Notes: generated by a model from the letters alone, not told the origin. DNA of 64,000 nt from Bacteroidales bacterium (GCA_030539115.1 JAUNSR010000003.1:25359-89358), one strand, 5' to 3'. Positions 28,649 through 39,003 are shown, counted from the stretch's first letter. Numbers and translations are program-made.

Positions 28649-28693
28649 AAACACTCTAATATATTTAATGATATATTAGAGTGTTTTTATTTT
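28649..28693 (+). terminator. orphan strong hairpin terminator in the ybeY-mnmG spacer
   Basis: AAACACTCTAATATAT-TTAATG-ATATATTAGAGTGTTT is a perfect 16-bp stem followed by TTATTTT. It lies about 245 nt after the ybeY stop. Confidence 0.6.
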
Positions 28694-28925
28694 TATGAAA
28701 ATCAAAATTACAAAACAACTGATGAAAAAATTTCAGTTGAGAGTCTTATTAATAATATGCTTTGAAACGATCAATAAATGAAAGCTGAGCCACATTATTA
28801 ATAAAATAAAAAACGCCAGTTTAAACAGAACCTAAACATTATAAATGAGTTAATAATAATCTCTTTTAGGGCAATTTAAGTTGATTTGGGTTAACGGCAC
28901 AAAAGTTATTGTATCTTTGCATAAG

Positions 28926-28998
28926 ATATGCTTCACCTCATTAATGACAATTTGAAAGCTTACTCTTTCAATTGTTTATTGAATTGGGTTTGCAATAT
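28926..28998 (+). ncRNA. conserved hairpin RNA/leader element, copy 1 (upstream of mnmG)
   Basis: Preceded by the -7 box TATCTTTG (28912-28919). About 73 nt fold into a long interrupted hairpin (apical GAAAG/CTTTC). Homologous to 51137-51211 with compensatory pair changes. Confidence 0.45.
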
Positions 28999-29167
28999 AT
29001 TGGCATCATTATTAAATTTAGACATCTAAAGTTTAAAGTTTCAGTCATTAATTATCATACAATCCAAAACACATATAGTGATAGATGGAAAAGGCAAACA
29101 AGTCAATTTGCCTGAGATAATTCATGTAAAAAATAAAAAAGGTAATAAAAGAAAAGTATCAAAATAA

Positions 29168-31042
29168 ATGGATTTTAAATATGACGTTATAGTAGTTGGG
29201 GGTGGTCATGCGGGCTGTGAAGCGGCATGTGCTTCAGCTAACTTAGGTTCAAAGACCTGTTTGATTACAATGGACATGAATAAGATTGGCCAGATGAGCT
29301 GTAATCCCGCTGTTGGAGGTATAGCCAAAGGTCAGATTGTTCGCGAGATTGATGCATTGGGAGGATATATGGGAATTATCAGTGACAGGACTGCCATTCA
29401 ATTCAGAATGCTTAACCGTTCTAAGGGTCCTGCCATGTGGAGTCCGAGAAGCCAAGCCGACAGAGCAAAATTTATTGATACTTGGAGAGAGATGATTGAC
29501 AGTACGCCCAATCTAAATGTTTGGCAGGACACCGTCATAGAACTTATTCTTGAGGACGGCAGGGTCAAAGGACTTAAGACTTCAATGGGAGTGACTTTCC
29601 ATGCAGACTCGGTGGTTCTCACTTCAGGAACTTTCATGAACGGTCTTATGCATTTCGGCCGCACAAAGCTGCCGGGAGGAAGGATTGCAGAACCTGCATC
29701 TTATGGCATTTCCGATCAATTGAAGAATGCCGGAATTATCACCGGAAGAATGAAAACAGGAACTCCGGCAAGAATTGACGGAAGAAGCATCGACTTTTCA
29801 TTGGCTGAAAAAAATGAAGGCGACAGCGATTTTCATAAATTTTCATATCTGAATTATCAGACTCCGATTTTGAAAGCCAGACCCTGCTGGACAATATATA
29901 CAAACGAAGAGTGTCATGAGGTTTTAAGAAGAGGACTTCCCGATTCGCCTCTTTATAATGGGCAGATCCAAAGTATCGGACCCCGCTATTGTCCAAGCAT
30001 CGAGACAAAGATTGTAACTTTCCCTGACAAGACAAGACATCAGCTTTTTCTTGAGCCGGAGGGTGAGACAACAGAGGAATACTACATAAATGGATTTTCT
30101 TCTTCTCTTCCTTTGGATATACAGCTTGAGGCTTTAAAGACAATACCTGCTCTTAGAAATGTGGTTATTTATCGTCCCGGCTATGCAATAGAATATGATT
30201 ATTTTGATCCAACTCAACTTAAACATTCTCTTGAAACAAAAGCTGTCGGGGGTCTTTTCTTTGCAGGGCAAATAAATGGAACCACGGGTTATGAAGAAGC
30301 GGGCGGTCAAGGGTTAATTGCAGGTATCAATGCTCACCTTAAAGCTCACAAAAAGGATCCGTTTATTCTTGGACGTGAAGAGGCTTACATAGGAGTCTTG
30401 ATTGATGATCTTGTAACCAAAGGTGTGGATGAACCATACAGAATGTTTACTTCCAGAGCAGAGTATAGAATCCTGCTTCGTCAGGATGATGCTGACATGA
30501 GGCTTACCGAAAAATCATATAAACTTGGATTGGCTTCAAGAGAGAGATACGATCTTCTTGTAGAGAAGAAAGAACATCGAGACAGAATAATCGAGTTTTG
30601 CCGAAACTATTCCATCAAGGCTTCTTATGTAAATGACGAGCTTGAGAAATATAATACTGCAACATTAAAAGACGGATGCAAACTCATAAGTCTTGTTGTA
30701 AGACCTCAGCTTTCGCTTGAAATAATCAGTTCCTTTGTCCCCGCTCTTAAGGCTGAAATAGAAAAGATACCAAACAGGAAAGAGGAAATAATTGAAGCAG
30801 CAGAGATTTTGATGAAGTATGAAGGCTATATTGAAAGGGAAAAGATGATCGCCGAAAAGATTTCAAGACTTGAAAATATCCCTATTAAGGGCAGATTCGA
30901 ATATGATTCAATCAAGTCGCTCTCTACTGAAGCAAGACAAAAGCTGACCCGAATTGACCCGGAGACAATTGGTCAGGCATCAAGAATTCCCGGAATTTCG
31001 CCAAGTGATATAAATATATTATTAATTTTACTGGGAAGATAA
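29168..31042 (+). CDS. mnmG: tRNA uridine-5-carboxymethylaminomethyl(34) synthesis enzyme MnmG (GidA)
   Basis: [19 protein letters not shown] motif, GPRYCPSIE, and 624 aa. Confidence 0.95.
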   Translation: MDFKYDVIVVGGGHAGCEAACASANLGSKTCLITMDMNKIGQMSCNPAVGGIAKGQIVREIDALGGYMGIISDRTAIQFRMLNRSKGPAMWSPRSQADRAKFIDTWREMIDSTPNLNVWQDTVIELILEDGRVKGLKTSMGVTFHADSVVLTSGTFMNGLMHFGRTKLPGGRIAEPASYGISDQLKNAGIITGRMKTGTPARIDGRSIDFSLAEKNEGDSDFHKFSYLNYQTPILKARPCWTIYTNEECHEVLRRGLPDSPLYNGQIQSIGPRYCPSIETKIVTFPDKTRHQLFLEPEGETTEEYYINGFSSSLPLDIQLEALKTIPALRNVVIYRPGYAIEYDYFDPTQLKHSLETKAVGGLFFAGQINGTTGYEEAGGQGLIAGINAHLKAHKKDPFILGREEAYIGVLIDDLVTKGVDEPYRMFTSRAEYRILLRQDDADMRLTEKSYKLGLASRERYDLLVEKKEHRDRIIEFCRNYSIKASYVNDELEKYNTATLKDGCKLISLVVRPQLSLEIISSFVPALKAEIEKIPNRKEEIIEAAEILMKYEGYIEREKMIAEKISRLENIPIKGRFEYDSIKSLSTEARQKLTRIDPETIGQASRIPGISPSDINILLILLGR

Positions 31043-31069
31043 TCAGAGTATAAGACGTATTGCCATATT

Positions 31070-31119
31070 AAAGTAAAACTTCAAAATGTTTCACGTGAAA
31101 CAATATAAAGTTTTACTTT
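31070..31119 (+). other. nested palindrome (12-bp outer stem enclosing the perfect 16-bp palindrome TGTTTCACGTGAAACA)
   Basis: AAAGTAAAACTT (31070-81) pairs with AAGTTTTACTTT (31108-19). The inner palindrome is at 31087-31102. It lies between the mnmG stop and the apt start. Confidence 0.7.
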
Positions 31120-31151
31120 AACAGCGGACAAGAAAATAAAAGACAAATATT

Positions 31152-31676
31152 ATGGGAATAAATAGAATTAAAGAAAAAATTAGAGTAGTAGAGGATTTCC
31201 CAAAGAAAGGAATTCTCTTCAGGGATCTCACAACTGTTTTTAAAGACTCTAAATGCTTGTACGATCTTTCTACTCTTATGACAGACCTTTATAAAGATAA
31301 AGGGATAACAAAAGTTGTAGGAATTGAGTCAAGAGGCTTTATTATGGGTCCTGTTGTTGCAACCAACCTAAAGGCCGGATTTGTCACTCTTCGTAAACCG
31401 GGCAAGTTACCAGCAGAAACTTTTAAAGAGAGCTATGAAAAGGAATATGGTCTTGACACTATAGAGATACACAAGGATGCTCTTAATGAAAATGATGTTG
31501 TGCTGATACATGATGACTTGCTTGCAACTGGTGGCACAATGCTTGCGGCTTTTGAACTTGTAAAGAAGTTTAAAGTAAAAAAGATCTATATTAATTTCAT
31601 AGTTGAACTTGAAGATTTAAATGGACGTTCTTTATTCCCGGAGAATATAGAGATAGAGTCTTTGATAAAATATTAG
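31152..31676 (+). CDS. apt: adenine phosphoribosyltransferase
   Basis: PRPP motif VVLIHDDLLATGGT in a 174-aa protein. Confidence 0.9.
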   Translation: MGINRIKEKIRVVEDFPKKGILFRDLTTVFKDSKCLYDLSTLMTDLYKDKGITKVVGIESRGFIMGPVVATNLKAGFVTLRKPGKLPAETFKESYEKEYGLDTIEIHKDALNENDVVLIHDDLLATGGTMLAAFELVKKFKVKKIYINFIVELEDLNGRSLFPENIEIESLIKY

Positions 31677-31693
31677 CATTTACATATAGTGAG

Positions 31694-31759
31694 CCGGGGT
31701 AAAAATGGCGTTTAAAAATTATTTTAAACTCATCATTTTTATCCCGGTTTTTGTTTTTT
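31694..31759 (+). terminator. rho-independent terminator after apt
   Basis: CCGGGGTAAAAATG..CATTTTTATCCCGG forms a 14-bp stem (one G-U) followed by TTTTTGTTTTTT. Confidence 0.7.
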
Positions 31760-31790
31760 AATATTATATATTGTCATCAATATAGTTATT

Positions 31791-33644
31791 ATGAAAATAA
31801 ACGCGGCGCGAATAAAAAATGATAGAATAGAGCATCTGAAATCTATTATTTCAATAATGCCGGAAACACCCGGAGTATATCAGTATTTCAATAAAGAGGG
31901 CGAAATAATATATGTAGGAAAAGCAAAATGTCTAAAAAGAAGGGTCAGCTCTTATTTCAACAAGGTGCATGATTCTAACAGAACAAACAGGCTTGTAAGG
32001 AACATCCATGACCTTAAATATATTGTCGTAAATACAGAAGAGGATGCATTGAAGCTGGAGAACTATATGATAAAAGCTCATCAGCCAAGATACAATGTAC
32101 TTCTTAAAGATGACAAGACATATCCTTACATTTGCATAAAAAATGAACCTTTTCCCAGAGTTATGATGACAAGAAAGGTGATAAAGGACGGTTCACTATA
32201 TTTTGGACCATATACTAATTTAAAGGTTGCGTATGCTCTTTTGGAACTTTTCAGACAAATATATAAGGTCAGGACATGCAATCTGAACTTAAATAATGAT
32301 AATATAAATTCTCACAAATATAAAGTCTGTCTTCAATATCATATAAAGAATTGTAAGGGTCCATGCGAGGGAAGAGTGACTCATGAGGAATATGACAAGG
32401 ATGTTGCTGAAATAAAACAGATATTGCAGGGGCACACTAAGGATGTTTTGGATTTTCTTTACAATGAAATGATGGTCTATGCATCGAAACTTAAGTTTGA
32501 AGAGGCTGAAGAGATAAAACACAAGCATAGGATTATAGAAAATTATCATATTAAAACATCAATAGTTCAGCCTGTAATTACCAATGTGGATGTCTATTCA
32601 TATTCAGAGGAGGAAAATTCTGCTTATATCAATTATTTTCATATTATAAAGGGTGCAATAATTCAGTCCTACAGTTTCGAATATAAAAGAAGAATAGATG
32701 AGCCTAAGGAGGAGATTTTAGCTCTTGGTATTTCAGAAATGAGAGAGAGGTTTAACTCACCTGCAAAGGAGATTATTGTTCCGTTTGTGCCTGAAATGAA
32801 TATTGAGGGGGTTACATTTACTGTTCCTCAAAGGGGAGAAAAGAAAAAGCTTCTTGATCTGTCAGACAAGAATCTTAAGCAATTTCTAATCGACAAACTT
32901 AAGCAGGCAGAAAAACTCGACCCTGAGCAAAGAAGTATCCGCCTAATGAAGGAGATTCAAAAGGAGCTTTCCTTGGAAAAGATGCCCATGCATATTGAAT
33001 GCTTCGACAATTCTAATATTTCCGGCAGTGATGCTGTGGCTGCCTGTGTTGTTTTCAAGAAAGCAATGCCGGTGAAGCAGGAATATCGCAAGTATAATAT
33101 AAAAAGTGTTGTTGGTCCTGATGATTATGCTTCGATGAAAGAGGTAGTCAAAAGAAGATATTCGAGACTTATTGAAGAAGGCTCACCCCTGCCCGACTTG
33201 ATTATTGCTGATGGCGGCAAAGGTCAGATGGAGGTTATAAGGCAGGTCGTGGAGGATGAGCTTAATTTGAAAATTCCTATTGCAGGGCTTGCAAAAGACA
33301 GCAGACATAGGACCTCTGAACTTCTTTTTGGTTTTCCTCAAAAGGTTATCGGGATAAAGCCTCAAAGTCAACTGTTCAGACTAATGGAACAAATACAAAA
33401 TGAGGTTCATCGTTTTGCCATAACATTTCATAAAGACAAAAGGAGCAAGCGTCAAATAGCCTCTGCTCTCGACAGCATAAAAGGTATCGGCGATAAGACA
33501 AAGGAGATGCTTCTTAAGGAATTTAAGAGCATAAAAAGGATAAAAGAGGCAAATCCTGAGGATATAGAAAAAGTAATTGGTAAGGCTAAAGCTAAAATAC
33601 TTTTGGATTCATTTTCCAAAGATCAAGCAAAAATAAATAATTGA
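31791..33644 (+). CDS. uvrC: excinuclease ABC subunit C
   Basis: GIY-YIG region (PGVYQYF..GEIIYVGKA), UvrBC motif, and C-terminal HhH. Confidence 0.9.
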   Translation: MKINAARIKNDRIEHLKSIISIMPETPGVYQYFNKEGEIIYVGKAKCLKRRVSSYFNKVHDSNRTNRLVRNIHDLKYIVVNTEEDALKLENYMIKAHQPRYNVLLKDDKTYPYICIKNEPFPRVMMTRKVIKDGSLYFGPYTNLKVAYALLELFRQIYKVRTCNLNLNNDNINSHKYKVCLQYHIKNCKGPCEGRVTHEEYDKDVAEIKQILQGHTKDVLDFLYNEMMVYASKLKFEEAEEIKHKHRIIENYHIKTSIVQPVITNVDVYSYSEEENSAYINYFHIIKGAIIQSYSFEYKRRIDEPKEEILALGISEMRERFNSPAKEIIVPFVPEMNIEGVTFTVPQRGEKKKLLDLSDKNLKQFLIDKLKQAEKLDPEQRSIRLMKEIQKELSLEKMPMHIECFDNSNISGSDAVAACVVFKKAMPVKQEYRKYNIKSVVGPDDYASMKEVVKRRYSRLIEEGSPLPDLIIADGGKGQMEVIRQVVEDELNLKIPIAGLAKDSRHRTSELLFGFPQKVIGIKPQSQLFRLMEQIQNEVHRFAITFHKDKRSKRQIASALDSIKGIGDKTKEMLLKEFKSIKRIKEANPEDIEKVIGKAKAKILLDSFSKDQAKINN

Positions 33645-33692
33645 AATATTAAGCTGTTATAATCATTACATTTGCATAAAACTTTTTTAAAG

Positions 33693-34145
33693 ATGAGAGT
33701 AATTATACAAAGGGTTACGAAAGCATCGGTAACGATAGACAATAATTTAAAATCCAAAATAGCTAAAGGATTGTTAGTATTGGTAGGATTTGAAGCTGAA
33801 GATAATAGTGATGATATCGACTGGATGTGTAAAAAGATTCTGAATCTGCGTATCTTTGACGATGCCGATGGAGTAATGAATCTTTCTGTAAAGGATATTG
33901 ACGGAGATATTCTTCTTGTGAGTCAATTTACCTTACATGCAATGACAGCCAAAGGAAACAGGCCATCTTATATTAAGGCTGCCAGACCGGAAATTGCAAT
34001 TCCTTTATATGAATCCACTATAAAGAAATTAACTGATATGCTGGCAAAAGAGATTCAAACAGGCACTTTTGGAGCAGACATGAAGGTGGAACTTATTAAT
34101 GATGGTCCTGTAACAATAGCTATAGATACAAAAAACAAGGAGTAA
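33693..34145 (+). CDS. dtd: D-aminoacyl-tRNA deacylase
   Basis: MRVIIQRV start and SQFTL..GNRPS motif. The track start at 33672 is TTG; I use the ATG at 33693. Confidence 0.9.
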   Translation: MRVIIQRVTKASVTIDNNLKSKIAKGLLVLVGFEAEDNSDDIDWMCKKILNLRIFDDADGVMNLSVKDIDGDILLVSQFTLHAMTAKGNRPSYIKAARPEIAIPLYESTIKKLTDMLAKEIQTGTFGADMKVELINDGPVTIAIDTKNKE

Positions 34146-34202
34146 TTCTTATATTTGAATATATAGCATTGAAGTAAAATAATAAAGGATATTCTAAATA
34201 TT

Positions 34203-34556
34203 ATGGAAATAATTGATTCTGCCGAGCAGATTACATTGTCACAGGCGCAGAAAACTGTTGATAATTGGATAAAAACCTATGGCGTCAGGTATTTCAGTGA
34301 ACTTACCAATATGGCAATACTTACTGAAGAGGTTGGTGAGGTTGCGAGGATTATGGCAAGGACTTATGGCGACCAATCATTTAAAAAGGAGGATTTATCT
34401 AAGAATCTTGGGGACGAAATGGCAGATGTCTTGTGGGTTTTAATATGCCTCGCCAATCAAACAGGAATAGATCTTACAGAAGCTTTTAGAAAAAATATAG
34501 AAAAGAAAACTAACAGAGATAAGGACAGACATATTACAAATACTAAACTATACTAA
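34203..34556 (+). CDS. MazG-like nucleotide pyrophosphohydrolase
   Basis: EEVGEVARI and DEMADVLWVLICLAN motifs. Confidence 0.8.
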   Translation: MEIIDSAEQITLSQAQKTVDNWIKTYGVRYFSELTNMAILTEEVGEVARIMARTYGDQSFKKEDLSKNLGDEMADVLWVLICLANQTGIDLTEAFRKNIEKKTNRDKDRHITNTKLY

Positions 34557-34559
34557 CTT

Positions 34560-35453
34560 ATGGACGAAATGGATAAATATAATCTGGTATTGAAACAATA
34601 TAATACGGATTTAAAAGACGAAGAGGTTAAACAGGCAGTTGATAAAATCTTAACTGAGAATTTGGAGAAGTATAAAAATACTGACGTCTATAAGTTCTTG
34701 TTGAGTATTATCGATCTTACTACCCTTTCTTCAACCGACAATAGGGAAAGAGTTTCAGCATTTACTAAGAAGGTAAATGATTTTGAGATTGAACATCCTG
34801 AACTTGAAAATGTAGCTGCAATCTGCGTTTATCCGAATTTTGCAGAAATAGTAAGGATGAATCTTGAAGTTTCCGAGGTTAATATTGCTGCTGTTGCAGG
34901 CGGCTTTCCATCATCTCAGACATTTCCTGAAATAAAGGTGGCAGAGATTGCAATGGCAGTACTTGCCGGTGCAAATGAAATAGATATTGTGATAAATCAA
35001 GGTGAATTTTTGGAAGGAAATTATGGCGATATGTGCGATACAATTTCAGAATGTAAAGCAGCCTGCCATGATGCGCATTTAAAGGTTATCCTTGAAACTG
35101 GAGCTTTAAAAAGTGCTTCAAACATTATGAAAGCTTCTATTTTATCTATGTATTCAGATGCTGATTTCATAAAAACTTCAACAGGGAAAATGGAACCTGC
35201 CGCTACTCCTTTCGCTGCCTATGTAATGTGCAAAGCTATTAAGGCTTATTATGAAAAAACAGGCAGAATGATTGGCTTTAAACCTGCCGGCGGTATTGTA
35301 ACTCCGGAAGATGCTGTAAAATATTATTGCATTGTTAAGGAAGTTTTGGGTGATGAATGGTTGGATAAGACAAAATTCAGACTTGGGGCAAGCCGTCTTG
35401 CTAACAATTTATTGAGTGAGATTTTAGGAAAAGAAACTAAATTTTTCATTTAG
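34560..35453 (+). CDS. deoC: deoxyribose-phosphate aldolase (long form)
   Basis: IDLTTL, the Schiff-base lysine context FIKTSTGK, and GFKPAGGI. Confidence 0.85.
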   Translation: MDEMDKYNLVLKQYNTDLKDEEVKQAVDKILTENLEKYKNTDVYKFLLSIIDLTTLSSTDNRERVSAFTKKVNDFEIEHPELENVAAICVYPNFAEIVRMNLEVSEVNIAAVAGGFPSSQTFPEIKVAEIAMAVLAGANEIDIVINQGEFLEGNYGDMCDTISECKAACHDAHLKVILETGALKSASNIMKASILSMYSDADFIKTSTGKMEPAATPFAAYVMCKAIKAYYEKTGRMIGFKPAGGIVTPEDAVKYYCIVKEVLGDEWLDKTKFRLGASRLANNLLSEILGKETKFFI

Positions 35454-35485
35454 TTTTTAGAGACAGGTAATAATCTATTATAATA

Positions 35486-35532
35486 AAAATGCATCATAAT
35501 TGGCGTTTGTCATTTATGATGCACTTTTTTTT
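35486..35532. terminator. bidirectional terminator between deoC and the GH20 gene
   Basis: TGCATCATAA..TTATGATGCA stem with T-runs on both strands. Confidence 0.6.
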
Positions 35533-35557
35533 ATATAATAATATGTAATTTGAAAGT

Positions 35558-37615
35558 CTACTTTTGCTGTTGGAGAATCCAATCATTTATAGCTTTATTC
35601 ATTGGAATTTCGTACAAAAACATCCAATCATTGTTATTAGTCTTTGAGGCAAGGTGCCTTGCATGATTCATATCCAACATATAGCCTGAAGGATTGGACA
35701 AGAAACGTGTTTTAGAGTACACATTTTCAATTTCATTTCTTAAATCTGTAAATCCATCATTGATTGTCTTTATTTTTTCAAGCGCCTCTCTCCTTTCATT
35801 TTCATTTTTTGAAAGGTCATATTCGTTTAAAGCAATAATGATTTGTGCAGGGAAATAGAAGAGATTGCTTAATTGTTGGTAAATCTCTAAAGTATATCTA
35901 TTCCTTAATGCATTTGATTTTGCTTTTTCAATTTCGGCAGAAATGGTTATGAATCTCTCCTTTTGAGCTTTTGCCTCCTCAATTCTGTCAATGTATTTTT
36001 CATTCCATTTTCCTTTGTTGTTAATATCGGGAAGGTCTATTATTTCAAAGTAGTTTACTCCCCATGCAGGATTTCTTCTTCCTGATTTTACTAAGGCACC
36101 ATCAAAAAAGAATACTGACTTTTCAAGAGAATCGATAAACTGAGTGTAATTATCGTCATAATTAAGTCCAAATTCTCTTTGAGAATGTGCTTTTTTGAAC
36201 TCATCAATAGAGCGTTTGGTAGGGTTCCATCCAAATTCACCCTGTCCAATAAATCCTCTCCAAACTGTTTCCCAATGTGGAGAGCCATCATCCCAGGCTG
36301 TAGCCAATATTCCTTCCAAATGATTGTTTGCGGTTAAAGTACTAAAGGCTTTAATGTATGGAGTTCGGGTGTTATTGCGAGGCATAAAGGGAGAATCGCC
36401 GGCAGAAGCGGATGTTGCAGCCATTACTTTAAGACCTTTGTCATGATACCACTTTAGGATTTTTTTATGTGCTGTTCTTTCAGGATCTTCATAGCACCAT
36501 CTCATATAGATACAATCTTTGGGGAACATTTCAATTGCCTTATCGAGTTTTTCTGTATTCCAAACCTCATTTATCTCTTCGTCTGTCTTATCGGCAAAGA
36601 TAAGGTCCCAGACTTGAGCGTATTTTAAGGGCATATCGTCCCAGAAAATTGGAGTTCGACCATTCTTAACAGCAAAATCACAGACTTTAGAGAGCCATTC
36701 CATCTGCAACTGGAAGGCAGACAAGCCTCTTTCTGTGCATCGCTGATCAATTCCTATTTGTGTTATTTCATCTCCTCCAACATGAAGATAACGACCGTAA
36801 GGCATTGCTTCTAAAGCGTCTCTATATAAATCGAATTGTATTTCATAAGTTTGAGGATTTGAAGGACAGAATTCCCAATCGCTTTCGGGATTTTCTCTTA
36901 CCTCCCAATGATGTTTTAAGATAAAACTTGCATGACCTAAGCCTTGAATTAGTGGAGAAATTTCAACATTTCTATCAATAGCATATTTAGATAAGGCTTG
37001 CATTTCTTCGATGCTCATGGCATTTTGAGCGCCGACTTCAGGACGTCTGACATATCTTAGTTTATCTTCTATCTCCCATATAACAGCATTGATTTTGTAA
37101 TGTGCAAGTTTGTCGATACATCTGTAATAATAATCCATCTTGTCAAGATGATGTTTGGTATCAAAGTGGACTGCACGATAATCTATTGATGGAAAATCTT
37201 CAATGTGTAATAAAGGTATCGATTTGTTGAAATCTCTGCTGTCTTCCAAAAGCTGTTCAAGAGTTTGAACTCCATAAAAAAGACCTTTATTGCTGTTAGC
37301 TTTTATTTCAACTCCGGATTTTTGAATATCCAAGATATATCCTTCCTCATAATTTGGTGTAACCGATTTATCAATTTTTAGAGTTACCCCTTTCCCACTC
37401 CTTTTTGTTCTTGGAAGTTTATCTGTTATATCTCCTAACACCGGAAAATCGTTATTCTCTGATGATATATATGTAATGTCATTGAATTTTATTCCATTTA
37501 AACTCCTTACTTCCACTTTTTGAGGAGAAGGTATTAATTGGAATTGCTTAGGCAGGTCTAGAGCAGTAGCCAAGCAAGAAAATAGAAGGAAAATTGAAAA
37601 AAATGTGCACTTCAT
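35558..37615 (-). CDS. GH20 beta-N-acetylhexosaminidase-like glycoside hydrolase
   Basis: Signal peptide, IEDFPSIDYRAVHFDTKHH, and the catalytic context YLHVGGDE. Confidence 0.7.
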   Translation of the reverse strand: MKCTFFSIFLLFSCLATALDLPKQFQLIPSPQKVEVRSLNGIKFNDITYISSENNDFPVLGDITDKLPRTKRSGKGVTLKIDKSVTPNYEEGYILDIQKSGVEIKANSNKGLFYGVQTLEQLLEDSRDFNKSIPLLHIEDFPSIDYRAVHFDTKHHLDKMDYYYRCIDKLAHYKINAVIWEIEDKLRYVRRPEVGAQNAMSIEEMQALSKYAIDRNVEISPLIQGLGHASFILKHHWEVRENPESDWEFCPSNPQTYEIQFDLYRDALEAMPYGRYLHVGGDEITQIGIDQRCTERGLSAFQLQMEWLSKVCDFAVKNGRTPIFWDDMPLKYAQVWDLIFADKTDEEINEVWNTEKLDKAIEMFPKDCIYMRWCYEDPERTAHKKILKWYHDKGLKVMAATSASAGDSPFMPRNNTRTPYIKAFSTLTANNHLEGILATAWDDGSPHWETVWRGFIGQGEFGWNPTKRSIDEFKKAHSQREFGLNYDDNYTQFIDSLEKSVFFFDGALVKSGRRNPAWGVNYFEIIDLPDINNKGKWNEKYIDRIEEAKAQKERFITISAEIEKAKSNALRNRYTLEIYQQLSNLFYFPAQIIIALNEYDLSKNENERREALEKIKTINDGFTDLRNEIENVYSKTRFLSNPSGYMLDMNHARHLASKTNNNDWMFLYEIPMNKAINDWILQQQK

Positions 37616-37662
37616 AAGCTTTGGTATTACAAATTAAAAGGTAAACGAAGATAATGAATTAG

Positions 37663-37693
37663 TATATAAAATAAAAGCCCGAATTGACGGGCT
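37663..37693 (-). terminator. rho-independent terminator after ispB
   Basis: Minus strand reads AAGCCCG-TCAATT-CGGGCTT followed by TTATTTTA. Confidence 0.7.
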
Positions 37694-37886
37694 TGAAATT
37701 TATAATTTGTCTTATTATGTTTTTAGTTGTAATATTTAGAAATTCAATAGGAATAACAATTTGTTTGTTTTATTGAACGATTAAGGACAAATATTTATGC
37801 GGCTAAAAAGAAATGATAATCAAATAAACATTTAATGAAGTCTGTTTTTAAACTCATATATGAGATAGTAAAACAAGAGTTTTCAT

Positions 37887-38867
37887 TTACTTATCTCTAT
37901 CTATAATATAATCGACAAGAATAATGAAAGCTTGTTTTGAAGGGGAATCTTCAAACATGTCCAATATAGTTTTTGCTTCGTAAGCATATCTTAGCATTGT
38001 AGCTTGGGCATATTCTATTCCTCCGTTGGCCTTAGCATAATTAACTAAAGAAGAGATATCTTCTTTGCTGAGAATATCCTTGTTTAATAGAGACATCATA
38101 TTTTGATGTTCAACTCCAGAACCATTTTTTAAAGCGAACAATAAAGGAAGAGTAATTTTTCCCTCTCTAATGTCATTTCCTGTGGGTTTGCCAATAGTTG
38201 TGTCATCAAAATAATCAAATATATCGTCCCTAATCTGGAAGATAATTCCTAATTTTTCGCCGAAAAGAGCAAGCCTGTCAACAACAGATTGAGAAGCATT
38301 AACAGAAATAGCACCCAACTTCATACAGGCTATGAATAAAGAAGCAGTCTTATTCTTAATGACAGAGAAATAAGAATCTTCGTTGATTACACAGCCTCTT
38401 GCATTGGCCAATTGCTCTAATTCACCCTCAGCAAGGGAAGAAGACAGCTTGGCTAATACCTGTTGTATCTCTAAAGATTTAGTAAGAGTGGACTGTTCCA
38501 AGCATCTTGCAAGGAAAAAATCTCCCATTAAAACAGCAACTTTGTTATCCCAAACTGCATTTACTGAAGAATGACCACGTCTTTGCTTTGCCTCGTCAAC
38601 AACATCATCATGGATAAGGCTTGCATTGTGAAGAAGCTCCAAAGCAACAGCTGAATGCATACTGTTTTTTGTAACATTCCCATTGCTGCAAAGTTTTGAG
38701 GCTAAAAGCAGCATAATTGGTCTTATCATTTTGCCTTTGTTCTCAAGGAAATAATGAACAACTGAATTAATAAGAGGAATTTGGGATTTCAATGAATCTC
38801 TAAGAAGTAAGTTTTGCTCTTTTAGTTCTTTAAGGATGGGATTTTGTATTTTAGCCAGTATATCCAT
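37887..38867 (-). CDS. ispB: polyprenyl diphosphate synthase (octaprenyl-type)
   Basis: First DDxxD in LIHDDVVDE and second in IRDDIFDY. Confidence 0.85.
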   Translation of the reverse strand: MDILAKIQNPILKELKEQNLLLRDSLKSQIPLINSVVHYFLENKGKMIRPIMLLLASKLCSNGNVTKNSMHSAVALELLHNASLIHDDVVDEAKQRRGHSSVNAVWDNKVAVLMGDFFLARCLEQSTLTKSLEIQQVLAKLSSSLAEGELEQLANARGCVINEDSYFSVIKNKTASLFIACMKLGAISVNASQSVVDRLALFGEKLGIIFQIRDDIFDYFDDTTIGKPTGNDIREGKITLPLLFALKNGSGVEHQNMMSLLNKDILSKEDISSLVNYAKANGGIEYAQATMLRYAYEAKTILDMFEDSPSKQAFIILVDYIIDRDK

Positions 38868-39003
38868 AAATTATATAATATGTTGCAAAAATAGTAATTA
38901 TACCTTTTCTGCAAGGAAAATGTAGTAAATTTACGTCAAGGAGAAAACATTGATTAGTTAATGAATGTTCACCCAGTAATATTGATTCATTAATATAGAA
39001 AAA

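Noticed and set aside
28406-29167. The long AT-rich spacer next to mnmG (gidA) as a replication origin
   Set aside because: I found only imperfect DnaA-box-like 9-mers (for example TGAGCCACA, 7 of 9 matches to TTATCCACA) and no cluster of good boxes. dnaA is not nearby, and GC skew cannot be judged from one window. A whole-genome skew analysis and DnaA-box scan would be needed.
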